Part shown: piece after piece, positions 25,778 to 38,734 of the stretch
Position numbering within the stretch: the stretch's first letter is position 1
How the letters are laid out: the number at the start of each line of letters is the position of its first letter
Source: Hemiscyllium ocellatum
Taxonomy: Eukaryota
NCBI RefSeq assembly: GCF_020745735.1
Contig: NW_026867487.1
Location: 4,543,239 to 4,607,238 of the forward strand
Length of the DNA: 64,000 nucleotides
Direction of reading: 5' to 3'
Program-made: the position numbers and the translations under genes
The notes under the pieces: model-generated
The model's input: only the letters and a program-made list of their open reading frames with translations
The model's database searches: none
What the model was told of the DNA's origin: nothing

Positions 25778-25978
25778 CCGATGCACTAATACAGGTGAAA
25801 TTAGGATGGAAATGGTAAATAAGAGCCCGTTGCCTGGTCCTATATTTTTAAAACCATTTCTGAAGCTTCATGTTTTAGCTCAGTGACACATTCCAATCAC
25901 TCCTAAGTTAGTTTAAATGAGAACCACCCGAAGGACTATTAAGGCACAGCATGCAGATCAGTTACAGCTCCGTAAACA
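25778..25978 (-). pseudogene. Third GPR139-like gene remnant (promoter + exon 1)
   Basis: Minus strand: gga cca ggc aac ggg ctc tta ttt acc att..att agt gca tcg g|gtaagaaatg. ATG lost, 1-bp deletion. Upstream tgtttacggagctgtaactgatctgcatg matches the GPCR-2 promoter. Confidence 0.72.
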
Positions 25979-26296
25979 ACTCACTGTTTCATGCCTTCCA
26001 TTTCTCGAACCGGCACGAGAAGCAATTAATTGTATTTGTGAATGATCTGTTCACTGCAAATTTTATATTCGTCCCACAACAAAACCAATTATTGGATCAG
26101 TTAATTTAACTGTTTCATCTTATTTCTACAGCGTTCCGAATTACTTCATGCTTATAAGTGCCAGGTTATTTAATCGATTTGGCATACTGATGAGAGTTTC
26201 AGTTTATGTTGCTTTACTGTTGCACAAATATTTTAAAACATTTACAGTTAAGTATTGAACATTCTTGTTGACCAACATGAGAAGGCGTCTCATAAG

Positions 26297-26461
26297 GAGA
26301 AAGTGAGTTTGGCAGATGCTGGAGATCAGAATCGAGAGAGTGGTGCTGGAAAAGCACAGCAGATCAAGCAGCATCCAACGAGCAGGAGAATCGACGTTTC
26401 GGGCATAAGCCTGTTGTCAGACGAGGGGCTTATGCCCGAAACGTCGATGCTTCTTGCTCCT
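26297..26461. mobile_element. Penelope-derived short fold-back
   Basis: gagaaagtgag..gcagatgctgg end; cgacgtttcgggcataagcc mirrored by ggcttatgcccgaaacgtcg; near-TSD tctcata(a/t)gga. Confidence 0.75.
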
Positions 26462-28089
26462 TATCTCATATGGAACTGACTCGTTGGTGCAAGTGATTTG
26501 TTTCTATTTCTATGCCTTATCGTTCTTTGGATGAAATTCCTCCCGTCCCTCTGGATGTAGTTCATGTCATTTCCTACTGACCCGAATAAGAGTTGAGGGA
26601 GTATGCAGCCAAAAAAGCCGGAATACAATCATCGGAGAATAAATAAATATTTTTATATTTATACAGCAGAGTTTGAAATAAAGTTCTTTTAAATCTGGAA
26701 GCACAATCGTTCTTATGCATTTAGTATTCTTTTTTCTGAAAAATTCCTTTACATCAAAATGGAGTGGACAGTGATTATACTGAAATACCTTTCACCTATC
26801 AGTTACATTTTTCTTCAAAGTGATGACAATGTAGATAGCAAGGCCAGGATTTGTTGAACGCTCTTAAGTACCCTTAAGAAACAGGTACTGCACTGCCTTC
26901 CTGGTCCACTTAAATCATTACAATTGGTAGAGAATATGATATTTGCATCTAGGTTTTACGTTAACATGTTATTAGTGTGGATATTAAGTTAGCAAGGGAC
27001 GTAAACAGATTACAAAGGGATATAAAGAGGGTAAGAAAATGGGAAATAAATTCATAGACCTATTCAAAATAAGGCGAGAATAAAGTAGACTTTTTCCAGT
27101 AGCAAAAAAACAGAAAAAATAGCATACATTCCAATTGTCAGAAGTTATAAGGTGTTGATTTGATTGGAGCAATGAGGGGTATGTCATTCAAACCATCTAG
27201 CCTGCTCTCATTTACCTCAATGCCACTTTTCTGCACCATCTTCTTGTAATTTGATGTCATTAGCCCCACGACATTTATCAATTTAAACCTCGAAGTCCTC
27301 TGAGATAGATACTTCTAAAGATGCACTACTTTCTTAGTGAAGAAATTCTTCATAACCTCTATAAAAATTGGCTTCCGACTCATCCTGAGGTGAAGTCCAC
27401 AGCTACTTGGACCTCCAGGGAGTGGAAACAGCCTCCAACAACCACGCCTTGTCATGATTTTGCAAGTATCGCTTCTATTTTCATGGAACACTAGAGAATA
27501 CAAATTGAGTTTCATAAAACTTTATAGCATGTTTAGACGTTGTTCATTATTTCAGGAACAGCTAAGTACCCATGAAAGGCATCTTGAAGTATTAACATCA
27601 TAGCGCCACAGCATGGTGAAAAATGAGAGTGGGAAGCTGAAACATCATGAGCGAGAAGGAAAGAGAATGGGAATGTAAGAGTTGGAGTCATAGAAACAAG
27701 GGGAGTAGGAGCTATTTTTGGGGATTCTCAGAGACAATGAATGACTAGAAAATGAAGAGTTATACGAATAGGTTTGCTCAGTTGAAAATCTCGATAAAAG
27801 TCTATGCAGACTTCATCATGCAAGCTATGGTCTTCAGACATAACTATGTGGTTGTGTACCATCCATTTATTGCTTCACAGTTGATGGTGTGAACATCATA
27901 TGAAAGCTTCCATCCAGACCGCTCCTTCCTATGCAACTTTTCATTGCAATATACTTTGATTATGAAGATTAGTACAGCAGGGTTCTTTCTGATCTACATT
28001 CCCCACAGAAGTTCCCTCAACCCTCTTAATGCATTAGTAATGTTGACGAAGAAAGGAAAGTGTGCAACATGCACACACTCACATGCTGA

Positions 28090-28637
28090 CATTCAGTCTC
28101 TCTCTCTCTCCCTCTCTCTCTCACACAAATACACACACACAAACAAATAAGTCTATGGAGCAATTTGCATTTGAAGAATTATATTTGCATTCTATTTTTG
28201 CTCAAAAAGTACACAACCTGTAGGCAGTCAATCTATATAACATTTTATAAATTCCCACTTTAGAAATAGTAACAGTCTGACTCAAGATTGGGATACAGAT
28301 AGACTCTAACCTCGCACCTTTAATACATCTGAGCCGACGTATCACCTGTTTTAAATAAAATGTTATCTCAAGAATGTGACTTAAGAGAAGCTCTTGGGAT
28401 ATACATATTAATGAATCGAAACCTGCAAGCCATTCTAAAAGATGAAAGACTTAACAGCAATCTAGGTTTGTTCAATATATTATTTTCATTACATGACACT
28501 GATCTTTTCATACAAATCCTGTGTCCTATGATCCTCCTCCACAAGCTACCCGACGAAGGAACAGTGATCTGAAAGCTAGTACTTCCAAATAAACCCGTTG
28601 GACTATGAGCTGGTGTTGTGTGATTTGTAACCTTGTT
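28090..28637 (+). mobile_element. Penelope-like element 3' end, second family, hammerhead decayed
   Basis: Reverse complement of part of 45405-46200; ends gaaagctagtacttccaaataaacccgttggactat. Confidence 0.7.
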
Positions 28638-28829
28638 CTCTTCCTATCAGTATACTCAGCCTCACTTTAATTTGAAACACCATCACTTAACAAAAATCAG
28701 CTGCAAACAGCACCCTTAAGCTCAATTTCCCACTTCTTCTTTTCAAATGCATGATACTTTTAGAAACCAGCAGAGCGAGATAGATATGTTGAGTGAGTAG
28801 AGAGAAGTAGCAATAGATTTTTTTTTATT

Positions 28830-29060
28830 TGACACATGCGATAGTGAGCATTGTTGCCTCCCATTAAAGTGATGTGTCAAAAACATTGTTGTGGTCTGGT
28901 GCCACACTTGGACTTTAATGAACCAAGTGAGAGCGAGAGCTTCCTTTACTAAAGGACATTAGTGAATCAGATGACTTTCCTTTCCTGACAACTGATTTGT
29001 GGTCGTCATTAATTCTTAATGCCATTTATTTTGAGTGGGGACATTTGTGGGGTCACGAGG
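28830..29060 (-). mobile_element. Decayed SINE with L2-like tail
   Basis: ctaaaggacattagtgaatc is the reverse complement of the 37940-37960 core. Confidence 0.55.
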
Positions 29061-30074
29061 ATTTTCGTGTGGGGATTAATTACTGGAGGTGGTGTGCTTT
29101 GGCAATTTGGGACATGCGTTTATCTTGCAACAAGAGAAACTGGGGGAAAAATGAAGTGTTAGGGAAGAGAGAAAATGTATTTAAGACAACTAGGAATCTG
29201 AGGAATTGCTTATTAGGAAGGGAAGCCAATGTATTAGAATGCTCAGTGGTCTGGTTTAAAGAGTGACTACCTTGGCGTGTGTGAATTTAATGAGAAACAA
29301 CTTTCCTGCTCTCATCCTCACAAAAACTCCACCAGTACAGAACAAGGGGGAAGGGAGCATCCAGAGAGGTGACAGCAGTTTACAAAGGGCATTTTTTTCT
29401 TCAGGTGGTCTAGAAACGTATTCTGAGCTACACGTAGATGAAGACATTGTTGGAGGAACTAAACATCTGAAACGTGTTGGTCATCTCCTGGAATATGTAC
29501 TGCAGGTCACTGAATTCCAGTCCACCGAAGTAACTCTAAACTTAAAGCCTCAGGTAAATGAAATATCTAACAAAAGAAGCCCGTAGAATGAGGTAGCCGT
29601 GAGAGATGGGAAATTGCCCAACAATGGACCTCATGCACTTATCAATGTCTGTGTATTTTCAATTCTAGATGCTCCACAGCCTCCTGTGGTCTCTATTGAC
29701 CACTAGGGTGTGTTTTACGTTAGGACATTGAGCAGCACCTGTAACTATACACATCACTACCACCTCCTCTGACAGTTCAATCCACACCTACACCACCATT
29801 TACATGAATAGGTTGTCCCTCAGGTCCCTTCTAATTCTTCCCCATCCCACCTTAAATCTGTGCCCTTCAGTTTTGATCTGTACAGCCCTGGGAAAAATGC
29901 CTTGTTGAATCGCTCTATTAATTCTCATGATTGTACAAACTCCTATAAACTTCCATTTATATGTTCTCCAGACTGAATTGCAATTGGAACAATGGTGTTG
30001 TGCATTTGGGCCGAGCATCCTGTCCCTACTCGGAGTATTGTGTATACTATAATGTTCAGTGAAAAATAAGTGCA

Positions 30075-30222
30075 AATCACCACAGGAAATGACATCACCA
30101 ACCCAAAGAAACCCAAACAAATAAACAAAGCAGCAGTTCTTTCTCCTGAGGGTGACTGAAGATGTTACTATGTATGGTGATAAGACATCTGAAAAAATGA
30201 ACCTTCCAGCTCAGCGAGCAGG
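30075..30222 (+). mobile_element. Penelope 3' fragment (same family as 10283-10901)
   Basis: ggaaatgacatcaccaacccaaagaaaccc...aaccttccagctcagcgagca. Confidence 0.7.
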
Positions 30223-30279
30223 GAAGCAATTAATAGGAACTGAAATGATCAGAGATGCAGAAAATGTAGTTCGATAACA

Positions 30280-30760
30280 CCATAAAAAAAAATAGGAACA
30301 GAAATTAGGCCACTCAGCCCATCATGTCTACTCGATCATGGCTAATACATTTCTCAACACCATTCTCCAGCTTTCTCCCCATAACCCTTGATACTCAAGA
30401 TATCTCTCTCAGTCTTAAGTATATTCGCTGACCTGGCCCCCACAGGCTTCTGTGGTGATGAATTCCACAGATTCACCACTCTCTGGTTGATTAAGTTTCT
30501 CCTTATCTCCGTTTTTAAAAGACGTCACTTTACTCTAAGCCTATGCCTGAGAGGCAACTTTCTCACACAGAGTGGTAGCCAGAGGAAGTGGTGGAGGCTG
30601 GTACAATTGCAACATTTGAAAGGCATCTGGATGGGTATATGAATAGGAAGGGTTTGGAGGGATATGGGACACGTGCTGGCAGGTGGGACTAGACAGGGTT
30701 GGGATCTCTGGTCAGCATGGACGACTTGGACTCTTTCTGTGCTGTACATCTCTATGACTA
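30280..30760. mobile_element. Two CR1 3' fragments in opposite orientation
   Basis: Minus fragment 30280-30545; plus HER1-like tail 30550-30760 matching the reverse complement of 18760-18960. Confidence 0.7.
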
Positions 30761-30990
30761 TATTAAAGACTTTAATAAACTCAATATAAATGGCCAATGA
30801 CAAAAAGGTTCATTACTTAGTGTGTGAGTTCTTTCTGAATTTGCAGATGTGTTAGAAAACAGCAAAGCCTTTTACACAAACACAGCACGTGATTGGGATC
30901 CAGCTAGACTCATTTTACTGGAATGTTAACAGTTCGAAATCACTTCCCACATATAGAACAAGTGAATGGTCTCTCCATAGGCTGGTGGAA

Positions 30991-31977
30991 TCAGCAGGTG
31001 AGTTGACTGAGTGAATGTTTATCCCCAATGTGAGCTCGCTGGTGTTTCAGCAGGTTGGACGATTGAGTAAACCCCTTCCCACAACTGGAGCAGGTGAATG
31101 GCTTCTCCCTCCCATGAGTTCGCTGGTGTATGAGCAGAATGGTTGACTGAGCAAATGCTTTCCCACAATCCAAGCAGATGAATGGCTTTTCTCCAGTATG
31201 TACTCGCTGGTGTATCAGCAGTTTAGAAGAGCAATTGAATGCTTTTCCACACTCAGAACAGGAGAATCTTCTATCGCCAGTGTGAATTCTTTGGTGTATC
31301 AGCAGATTAGATGAGCAATTGAATGCCTTCCCACACTCAGAACAGGGGAATGGTTTCTCCCCAGTGTGAATTCGCTGGTGGATCACCAGATTAGATGAGC
31401 GACTGAATCCTTTTCCGCACACAGAGCAGATGAATGGCCTCTCCCCAGTGTGAACTCGCTGGTGTTTCAGTAGACTGGACGATGAAGTGAATCCCTTACC
31501 ACAGTCAGAGCAAATGAATGGCTTCTCCCCAGTGTGAAGTCGTTGGTGTATCTGCAAGCTGGATGACCGAGCAAATGCTTTCCCACACACTGAGCAGGTA
31601 AATGGTCTCTCTCCCGTGTGAACCCGCTGGTGTATCTGCAGGTGGGACGAGAGAATGAACCCCTTCCCACAATCAGAGCAAGTGAATGGTTTCTCCCCAG
31701 TGTGAATTCGCTGATGCATACGCAGGCTGGATGACTGAGTGAATGTTTTCCCACACACTGAGCAGGTGAATGGCCTGTCCCCAGTATGGACTCGCTGGTG
31801 GACCTGCAGGCTGGACGACTGAGTGAATGCCATCCCACAATCAGAGCAAGTGAATGGCTTCTCTCCAGTGTGACTGCGCTGGTGAGTTTTCAGCTGGGAT
31901 GGGTAAAGAAATCCCTTCCCACAATCCGCACATTTCCACAGTCTCTCCCCAGCATGACTGCGTCGATGTTTGGTCAT
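30991..31977 (-). CDS. C2H2 zinc-finger protein A, 11 tandem fingers, no effector domain
   Basis: 328-aa ORF with CxxC..HxxxH fingers and TGE(K/R)PF linkers. In-frame TAA just upstream of the ATG; probable acceptor tttgaaag at 32129-32130. Confidence 0.88.
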   Translation of the reverse strand: MTKHRRSHAGERLWKCADCGKGFLYPSQLKTHQRSHTGEKPFTCSDCGMAFTQSSSLQVHQRVHTGDRPFTCSVCGKTFTQSSSLRMHQRIHTGEKPFTCSDCGKGFILSSHLQIHQRVHTGERPFTCSVCGKAFARSSSLQIHQRLHTGEKPFICSDCGKGFTSSSSLLKHQRVHTGERPFICSVCGKGFSRSSNLVIHQRIHTGEKPFPCSECGKAFNCSSNLLIHQRIHTGDRRFSCSECGKAFNCSSKLLIHQRVHTGEKPFICLDCGKAFAQSTILLIHQRTHGREKPFTCSSCGKGFTQSSNLLKHQRAHIGDKHSLSQLTC

Positions 31978-32474
31978 CTCAGATTAATTTTCACAGACTG
32001 TTCCACACACAGGCGATGTGTGTTCTTCCCCTTCGATGTTCAAAATCCTGAGATAATTATGTTGTGCTAAACAGAGCGACTGCCAGATTCGGATGTGGTT
32101 TCATTTGAAGCCTGCAATTGTCATCAACCTTTCAAAAACAAAATAGATGTATTAGAAAAAAATAGAAGCAAACACAGGGTTGTGAAACTGATAGCAAAAG
32201 AACCTGGTCAGTTGTGGAGATGATACGGAGGCATTATCATTAAGACTGGACTGGTTCCCAGATCATCTTCAGGGAAAGGAATCAGTCAGTGTTTACCATT
32301 CTGCTCATACACCAGCGAACTCATGGGAGGGAGAAGCCATTCAAAACAGAAAGCCACAGAGGAAGAAGGGGCATGCACGAAAGATAGGCAGTTTATAGAT
32401 TTAGAACTCAAGCCTTTTACTGATTTCTCCCCGTACTCGACAAACCCTCCAAAGGATTAATAACAAGAGCAGAG

Positions 32475-33110
32475 TTCGTTGAAAGTGGAGTTGCAGGAAA
32501 ACAGATTGGTGAAGATAGCATTAGCAATGCTTGCTTTTGTCAGTCAGTGCATTGAGTAAGAGTTGGGACCTCATGCTGTGGCTGTGTTCGACATTTTTAG
32601 GCCGATTTTGGAATACTGCATTCAGTTCCGGTCTCCTTGCTGGAGAAAATACGTTTCTAAACATGACAGCATTCAGCAAAGATTTACAATTTTGTTGCTG
32701 GGATTGGAGAGTGGAAACAGACAGATGCTGAATCGGCAGAGGCTTTTTTCTTTGGAATGTCAGAGGTGGAGGAATGACCTGAGAGAGGCTTTATATGGTC
32801 ATGAGTGACATGCAACGGATGAATAGCCCAGGACTTTTTTTTCTCAGGGTAAGGGAGTTCAAAACTAGCTGACATAGGTTTAAGGTGAGGCGGGGAAAGA
32901 TTTGAAAAGGACCTGTGGGGCAATTTTTTCACAAAGAGGGTGGTGCCTGCATAAAGTGAGCTACCGGGGATGTAGTGGAGGCAGGTACAACTGCAAAATT
33001 TAAAAGGCATCTGAATGGGTACGAGAAGAGGAAGTATTTCGAGGGATCTGAGCCAGATGTTGGCAAATGGGACAAGTTCTGTCTAACATATCTGGCTGGC
33101 ATGAACCAAA
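32475..33110 (+). mobile_element. CR1 3' fragment
   Basis: RPILEYCIQFRSP and CR1 3' region. Confidence 0.8.
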
Positions 33111-33949
33111 ACATCTGTTCATTTGCTGCATACCTACAAAATTAAGTGCTTCAACAAAATGGTGGAAAATCAAAGTCAAATCAGAAAATGCTGAAGACAT
33201 TCAGCAGGTCTGCCAGTATCTGAAATAGTAACAGATGTAGGAACAATTGCAACCTTGTAGAAATGTTTAGATGGTCATACAAGGCACTGCAATAAGTTAC
33301 AGGCTGAATGCCAGCAAATGCGAATATTCCAAACTGGTGCTTGATGACCGGCATGGATAACATGGGGATATTGCATTCAACAATTTTGTATACGAGACCC
33401 TGAACCACTTTTGTTCCATGTAGCTCTGTGCTTCTCTATTTTAGTAAGCAGGCAGGAATGGCAAGCAACGAAGAATGCAAACGATACTTTGGCCTTCATA
33501 ATGAGAGTTTTTGACTAGTGGAAGAGGGTATCTTTGTGAGCCCACACCTGGAGTACAGTGTGCATCTTTCTTCTTTCCCAAAGGAGGATGCCCAGTCAAT
33601 TGAGAGAGAATAAAGAATGTTCACCAGACGTCTCCCTGAGATTTCAGGACAGATATATAAAGAGAAAATCTAAACTTGTTTAATCCTTCTTTCTTTTGTC
33701 TCTTTGAACTGCTGACTATATCAATAACTAACTGTACCTCACATTTCCTGATTTGACTCTGACCATCTAAGCCTACACTTTAGTTCCCATTTGCCTGCTA
33801 TAAGAGATTAAAATCACCTCAAAGTTATGAGCAAAGGCCCCAAGAGGAGATTTGTTCCATCTCTGCCTGGAGATAATGGATTAGGCTATATAAGAACCAA
33901 CTCCCACAAAAACAGCCCAATGCCTCCAGAATCTAAACTCTTCTGTTAC

Positions 33950-34740
33950 ATTATTTGTGCAGCCTTGCATTCATCTGATCTATCCTCTTATTCCTGCTCT
34001 TGCTAGATCTGGCACTGGGAGAAAGTCTGACATTATTCTGTTTGAGGTTGGGGATTTAATGAATCTCCCATCTTCTGATATTCAGCTTTCACGTCCTCAT
34101 CCCTTTGTTTATCTGTGCTGTTGGTACCTATGTGTTCCACAGCTACTGACTGTTCACCCTCCATCTCCAGAATGACCAGCGGCTGCTACATGATATCCCA
34201 GATCCTGGTGCTAGAGATCTGACATACCATCCTGGATTCATGTCTGTGGCCACAGAAGTGCCTGTCTGTATTCCTGACTATTGAATCCTCTGTCACGGTA
34301 GACCTGCTATCCTTTTTCCTTCCCTTCTGTGCCGCAGACCAAATGTGGTGCCGTGAAGGTGGCTGTTGCGGATTTCCCGAGGCCATCCCCAACCACTCCC
34401 AACAGTAGCAAAAGCAGTATATCTGTTTGACAGAAGGATGACTACTGTGTACTCCTGCACTTCCTTCCTGTGCATTTTACCTCACCTAATGGTCACCTAT
34501 TCCTTTCAGCCTGTATAATTCTCATTGTGCTGCCCATGACATTCTCAGTGCGGCAGATGCTCCACAGTGTGTCCATCCACAACTCCAGCTCTGAAAAGTG
34601 GTTAGCCAGCAGCTGTAGATGGACACACTTCCTGCATCTGTAGCGGTCAGCAACGCCAAAAACTTCCGTTAAATCCCATATTGTGCAACAGGTACATGCA
34701 GAGGTCTGGGGTTACCTGTCATTACTTCCCTGTAAATTAA
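33950..34740 (-). mobile_element. CR1 ORF1 / 5' region remnant (esterase-like ORF1)
   Basis: LSNRYTAF, DSIVRNTDRHFCG..SRMVC in minus ORFs. Confidence 0.65.
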
Positions 34741-35419
34741 GACAGTTACTCCCTTTAAGAGAATTTAATTGAACAAAAGGACTTCCTTCATTTTAAGCAT
34801 TTCTATTAAAACTGAAAGTCCCTGCTTTTACAGAAGCTGATATATTATACTTCAAACCTGTGAGAAACTACTCCGCACTTATCACTTACCAATTGGATCT
34901 TTCCATTGGGACTGTATCACTTTCTGAATGGCCCAAACTGAGCTTGAGCACCGCACTCGATCTTTCAGTTACGCCTTCTCCCTGTCTCGCCTCCCTGTCT
35001 GTTGTCATCCAAATCCAAAGCACTCTTATTGAGCCACGGAGTACTCAAAGTGAAGCCTGGTCATTTTCATTATCTGCTCACACCTTACACAGACTTCAGA
35101 CTCTTTTAATGTTCCAAAGCACCTGAACAGCAACTCAGGGAGCAGCACCTCATCTTTCAGTTCATCCCTTTATAGCCCTTCAGACTCAAGATGGACTTCA
35201 GCAAGTTCAGGATTGACAAAGATTTGTCAGGACCTGGAAAATTACAATTAAAAGAAAATTTATAGGTATTTACAAATGATGAATTTATAGAATCATAGAA
35301 TCCCTAGTGAGGAAACAAGCCCTTCTGCCCAACAAGTCCATACCAACCCTCCAAACAATATCCCACCCAAAACCATTTCCTTGCCCTACTACTCTACATT
35401 TCCCCTGCTGGTATGACCA

Positions 35420-36330
35420 GCAAGCTTGCAGATGACACAGATTGGTGAAATGGCAGAAAGCATAAGGGACTGTCAGAGAATACAGGAGAATATAGGTAGG
35501 CTGGAGAGCTGGGCAGAAAAGTGGCAGATGCCTTTCAATCCAGACAAATGTGAGGTGATGCATTTAGGCAAGTCTAATTCTAGAGCAAATTATACAATGA
35601 ATGGAAGAGCCTTGGGAAAGGTTGATGGGCAGAGAGATCAGGGAATGCAGGTCCATTGTACCCTGAAGGTTGCTGCACAGATGGATAGGGTGGTCAAGAA
35701 GGCATTTAGTATGCTTGCCTTCATTGGACAGGGTATTGAGTATAAGAGCCGGCAAGTCATGGTAAAATTGTACAAGACATTGGTTCGGCCGCATTTAGAA
35801 TATTGTGTAGAGTTCTGGTCGCCACATTACCAAAAGGATGTGGATGTTTTGGAGAGAGTGCAGAGGTTTACGAGGACGTTGTCTGGTATGGAAGCTGCTA
35901 GCTATGAAAAGGTCGAGTAGGTTAAAAAAAATTTCACTAGAAAAAAAAAGGAAATTGAGGGGGGACCTGATTGAGATTTATAAAATCATGAAGGGGAGAG
36001 ACAGGGTGGACAGAGACAAGCTTTTTTCCCGCAAGGTGAAGGTTTCAATAACCAGAGGTCATGCTTTCAAGGTGAGAGGTGGAAAGTTTAAGGGGGAACA
36101 CATGGCAAGTACTTCACACAGAGGGTGGTGGGCACTTGGAACGCATTGCCAGCAGAGGTGGTAGAGGCAGGCATGGTAGATTCATTTAAGATGCATCTGG
36201 ACAGATGCACGAGTAGGTGGGGAGTAGAGGGTTACAAATGCTTTGGAATTGATCGACAAGTTTAGACACTACATTTGGATCGGCTCAGGCTTGAAGGGGC
36301 TGTTCCTGGGCTGTAAATTCTCTTTGTTCT
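35420..36330 (+). mobile_element. CR1 3' portion (same family as 21440-24945)
   Basis: WAEKWQMPFNPDKCEVMH, LVRPHLEYCVEFWSP. Confidence 0.9.
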
Positions 36331-36537
36331 TTCCCCTAACTAATGCACCTAACCTACACATCACTGAACACTATTGGGAATTTAGCATGGCCAACTCACC
36401 AAACCTGCACATCTTTGGATTGCGGAAGGAAACTGAAGCACCCAGAGGAAACCCATGCAGACACGGGGAGAATCTGCAAACCCCACGTATACGGTCACCG
36501 AAGGCAGGAACCGAGCCTGGGTCCCTGACGCTATGAC
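36331..36537 (-). mobile_element. HE1-type V-SINE, partial
   Basis: Reverse complement of the V-domain core. Confidence 0.8.
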
Positions 36538-36899
36538 TAACCAGACCCACAATCCCCACCCCACCCTCTCAAATCATAAAAGTTTCCTTTCTCAGCTGCA
36601 GGGCCCGGAACTGAGCATATAGCCCTATGACAAATCTGAATGCCTTGCTGCTTTCGAGTTAGACACATCAGAGGTGGTTTCCTACAGCCAGAACAGAACA
36701 AACCTTTTTTTTCCTTCCACAGTTAAATGCCAATGACATTCACATCCCAGTGAGTGCGCTGACAGATCTTGCTTGGAGATCCCATTTTGCAAATGAATAT
36801 CCTGTAAAACGAATTCACAAAACAAAAATCACTGTCAGTTCAGCATAGACACCTACAAAAGACCTTGCATTTCTCTTGGCTTCAGTTTGCTGGCTCAAT

Positions 36900-37563
36900 G
36901 CAAATCGCCCCGCCCCCCAACCCAAGAAGCATGCGCATGCGCAGTGCTGCATGTTGCCCCTCATAAAAATGGCCGCAAGCACTCCGGGGCCTATAGCAAC
37001 CTGAGACCAGCAGCCCGTTCCCGTTTGCTGCAAACGCGTGACCGGGAGTTTCTAATTTGGATCTTGCGACCCACGCCGAATGTTCATAGAACCACACAGG
37101 CCGAATTGACTCGATTTTCCTTCCGGTGTCCGCTGTAACTCCTGCTTTTCCGCATCCACCTCCTGTCGTCAATCACGGTGGCACTGCCCCCCGGTGTCGT
37201 TACTAATCACGTGCCGTCCTTTCCCCGCCCCGCCCCCTCATTCACCCCCATTGGTTGGAGGGCTGGCTGCTTCCAATTGGTCCGCCAGCCCGTCTACCCC
37301 CCTCCTATTGGTCGACGACGTGGCGTCAATCAGCCGGGCCCCGTTGTGAGATGAGTGGTGGGATCCACCCTCCCACTGTGTCCACTTCTGACCCTTTCTT
37401 TCCCGCCCCGCCCCCTCATTCACCCCCATTGATTGGAGGACTAGCTGCTTCCAATTGGTTCGCCAGTCCGCTTGCTCCCCTCCTATTGGTCAGTGACGCG
37501 CCGTCAATCAGCCGGGCCCCGTTGGGATCCACCCTCCCTCTGTGTCCAGTTCTGACTCTTCCC
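36900..37563 (-). promoter_or_regulatory. CpG-rich promoter region, probably of ZNF-A
   Basis: NRF1-type TGCGCATGCGCA (36931-36942), YY1-like aaaatggccgc, ETS cttccgg, E-box cacgtg (37208), GC boxes and CCAAT arrays. Homologous to 48220-48420. Confidence 0.7.
37220..37563. repeat. Tandem duplication, period 178 bp, of a GC-box/CCAAT module
   Basis: cccgccccgccccctcattcacccccatt at 37224 and 37402. Confidence 0.9.
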
Positions 37564-37704
37564 TTCCTTACCTTGCCTCCATTTTGTGGAATAAACTGCC
37601 CCTTGCCATTCACTACAAATATGTGGAGATGCCAGTGTTGGACTGGGGTGGACAAAATTAAAATCCACACAAAACCAGGTTATAGGTCCAAATAATGGTT
37701 TCCC

Positions 37705-38090
37705 ATTAGACTGATAACTCAGAAACTTAACTAGCTCCCTGGGACCCAAGTTCAAACCCCACAATGGCCAAGGGGTTTACTATGAGACTGGCAACTCAGA
37801 AAGTTAGCTAACATCCTGGGGCCTGGGTTCAAACCCCACCAATGGCAGATGGTGGAATTTGGGTCAGTATAGAATCTGGAATGAAGGGTCTAATGATGAT
37901 CATGAAACCATTGCTTTCTGTCAAAAAAAAACCCCATTGGATTCACTAATGTCCTTTAGAGAAGGAGACGCCACCCTTACCTGGTCTGGCCTACATATGA
38001 CTCCAGACCCACAGCGATGTGGTTCACTCTTAACAGCCCGATGGGCATGACATGCTGGCCCGTGCAGTGACACCCTCATCCTGTGAGTGA
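37705..38090 (+). mobile_element. tRNA-derived SINE with duplicated head and L2-like tail
   Basis: Two gttcaaaccccac B-box heads; core ttcactaatgtcctttag..cctggtctggcctaca..actccagacccacag. Confidence 0.7.
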
Positions 38091-38127
38091 GTGTTCCAGA
38101 TCAGCAGGAGGCAGTGTAACACATGCA

Positions 38128-38414
38128 AGAGGGTGGCACAGTGGTTAGCACTGCTGCCTCATAGCACCAGAGACCCGGGTTCAATTCCCGCCTCAGGTGA
38201 CTGTGTGGAGTTTGCGCATTCCCCCCGTATCTCTGTGGGTTTCCTCCAGGTGCTCTGGTTTCCTCCCACATTCCGAAAATGCGCAGGTCAGGTAAATTGG
38301 CCATGCCAAATTGCCTGTAGTGTTAGGTGTAGGAGTCTGGGTGGGTTGCGCTTCGGCGGGTCAATGTGGACTTGTTGGGCCGAAGGGCCTGTTTCCACAC
38401 TGTAAGTAATCTAA
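38128..38414 (+). mobile_element. HE1-type V-SINE
   Basis: gtggttagcactgctgcctca A-box, ggttcaattcc B-box, V core, HER1-like tail. Confidence 0.9.
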
Positions 38415-38734
38415 GAAAAAGCTGTTGGACTATAACCAGGTGTTGTGTGATTTTTAGTTTTATTCACTACAAAGCCATGGCTACCTTCTCTACAATTCAT
38501 CACACACCACATCTTGTAAGGAATCCACCTCATTCTCCCAGTTCCTTCACCTATGTCGCATCTATTCAGATGATGCCACCTTCCAAAACTTCTTCTGTGA
38601 CCATGATTTCCCACCCACTGTGGTTGACCTAGCACCAGGACTTCTGCCTTTGCCCCTTCCCATCACTCATAACAGCATGATCGGGTTCCCCGTCCTCATT
38701 TTTCATCCCTGGCTTATCACTTCTATCTTTTGCA

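Noticed and set aside
31467-31838. Alternate-frame repetitive ORFs over the ZNF genes (also 50188-51091)
   Set aside because: By-products of the 84-bp finger periodicity.
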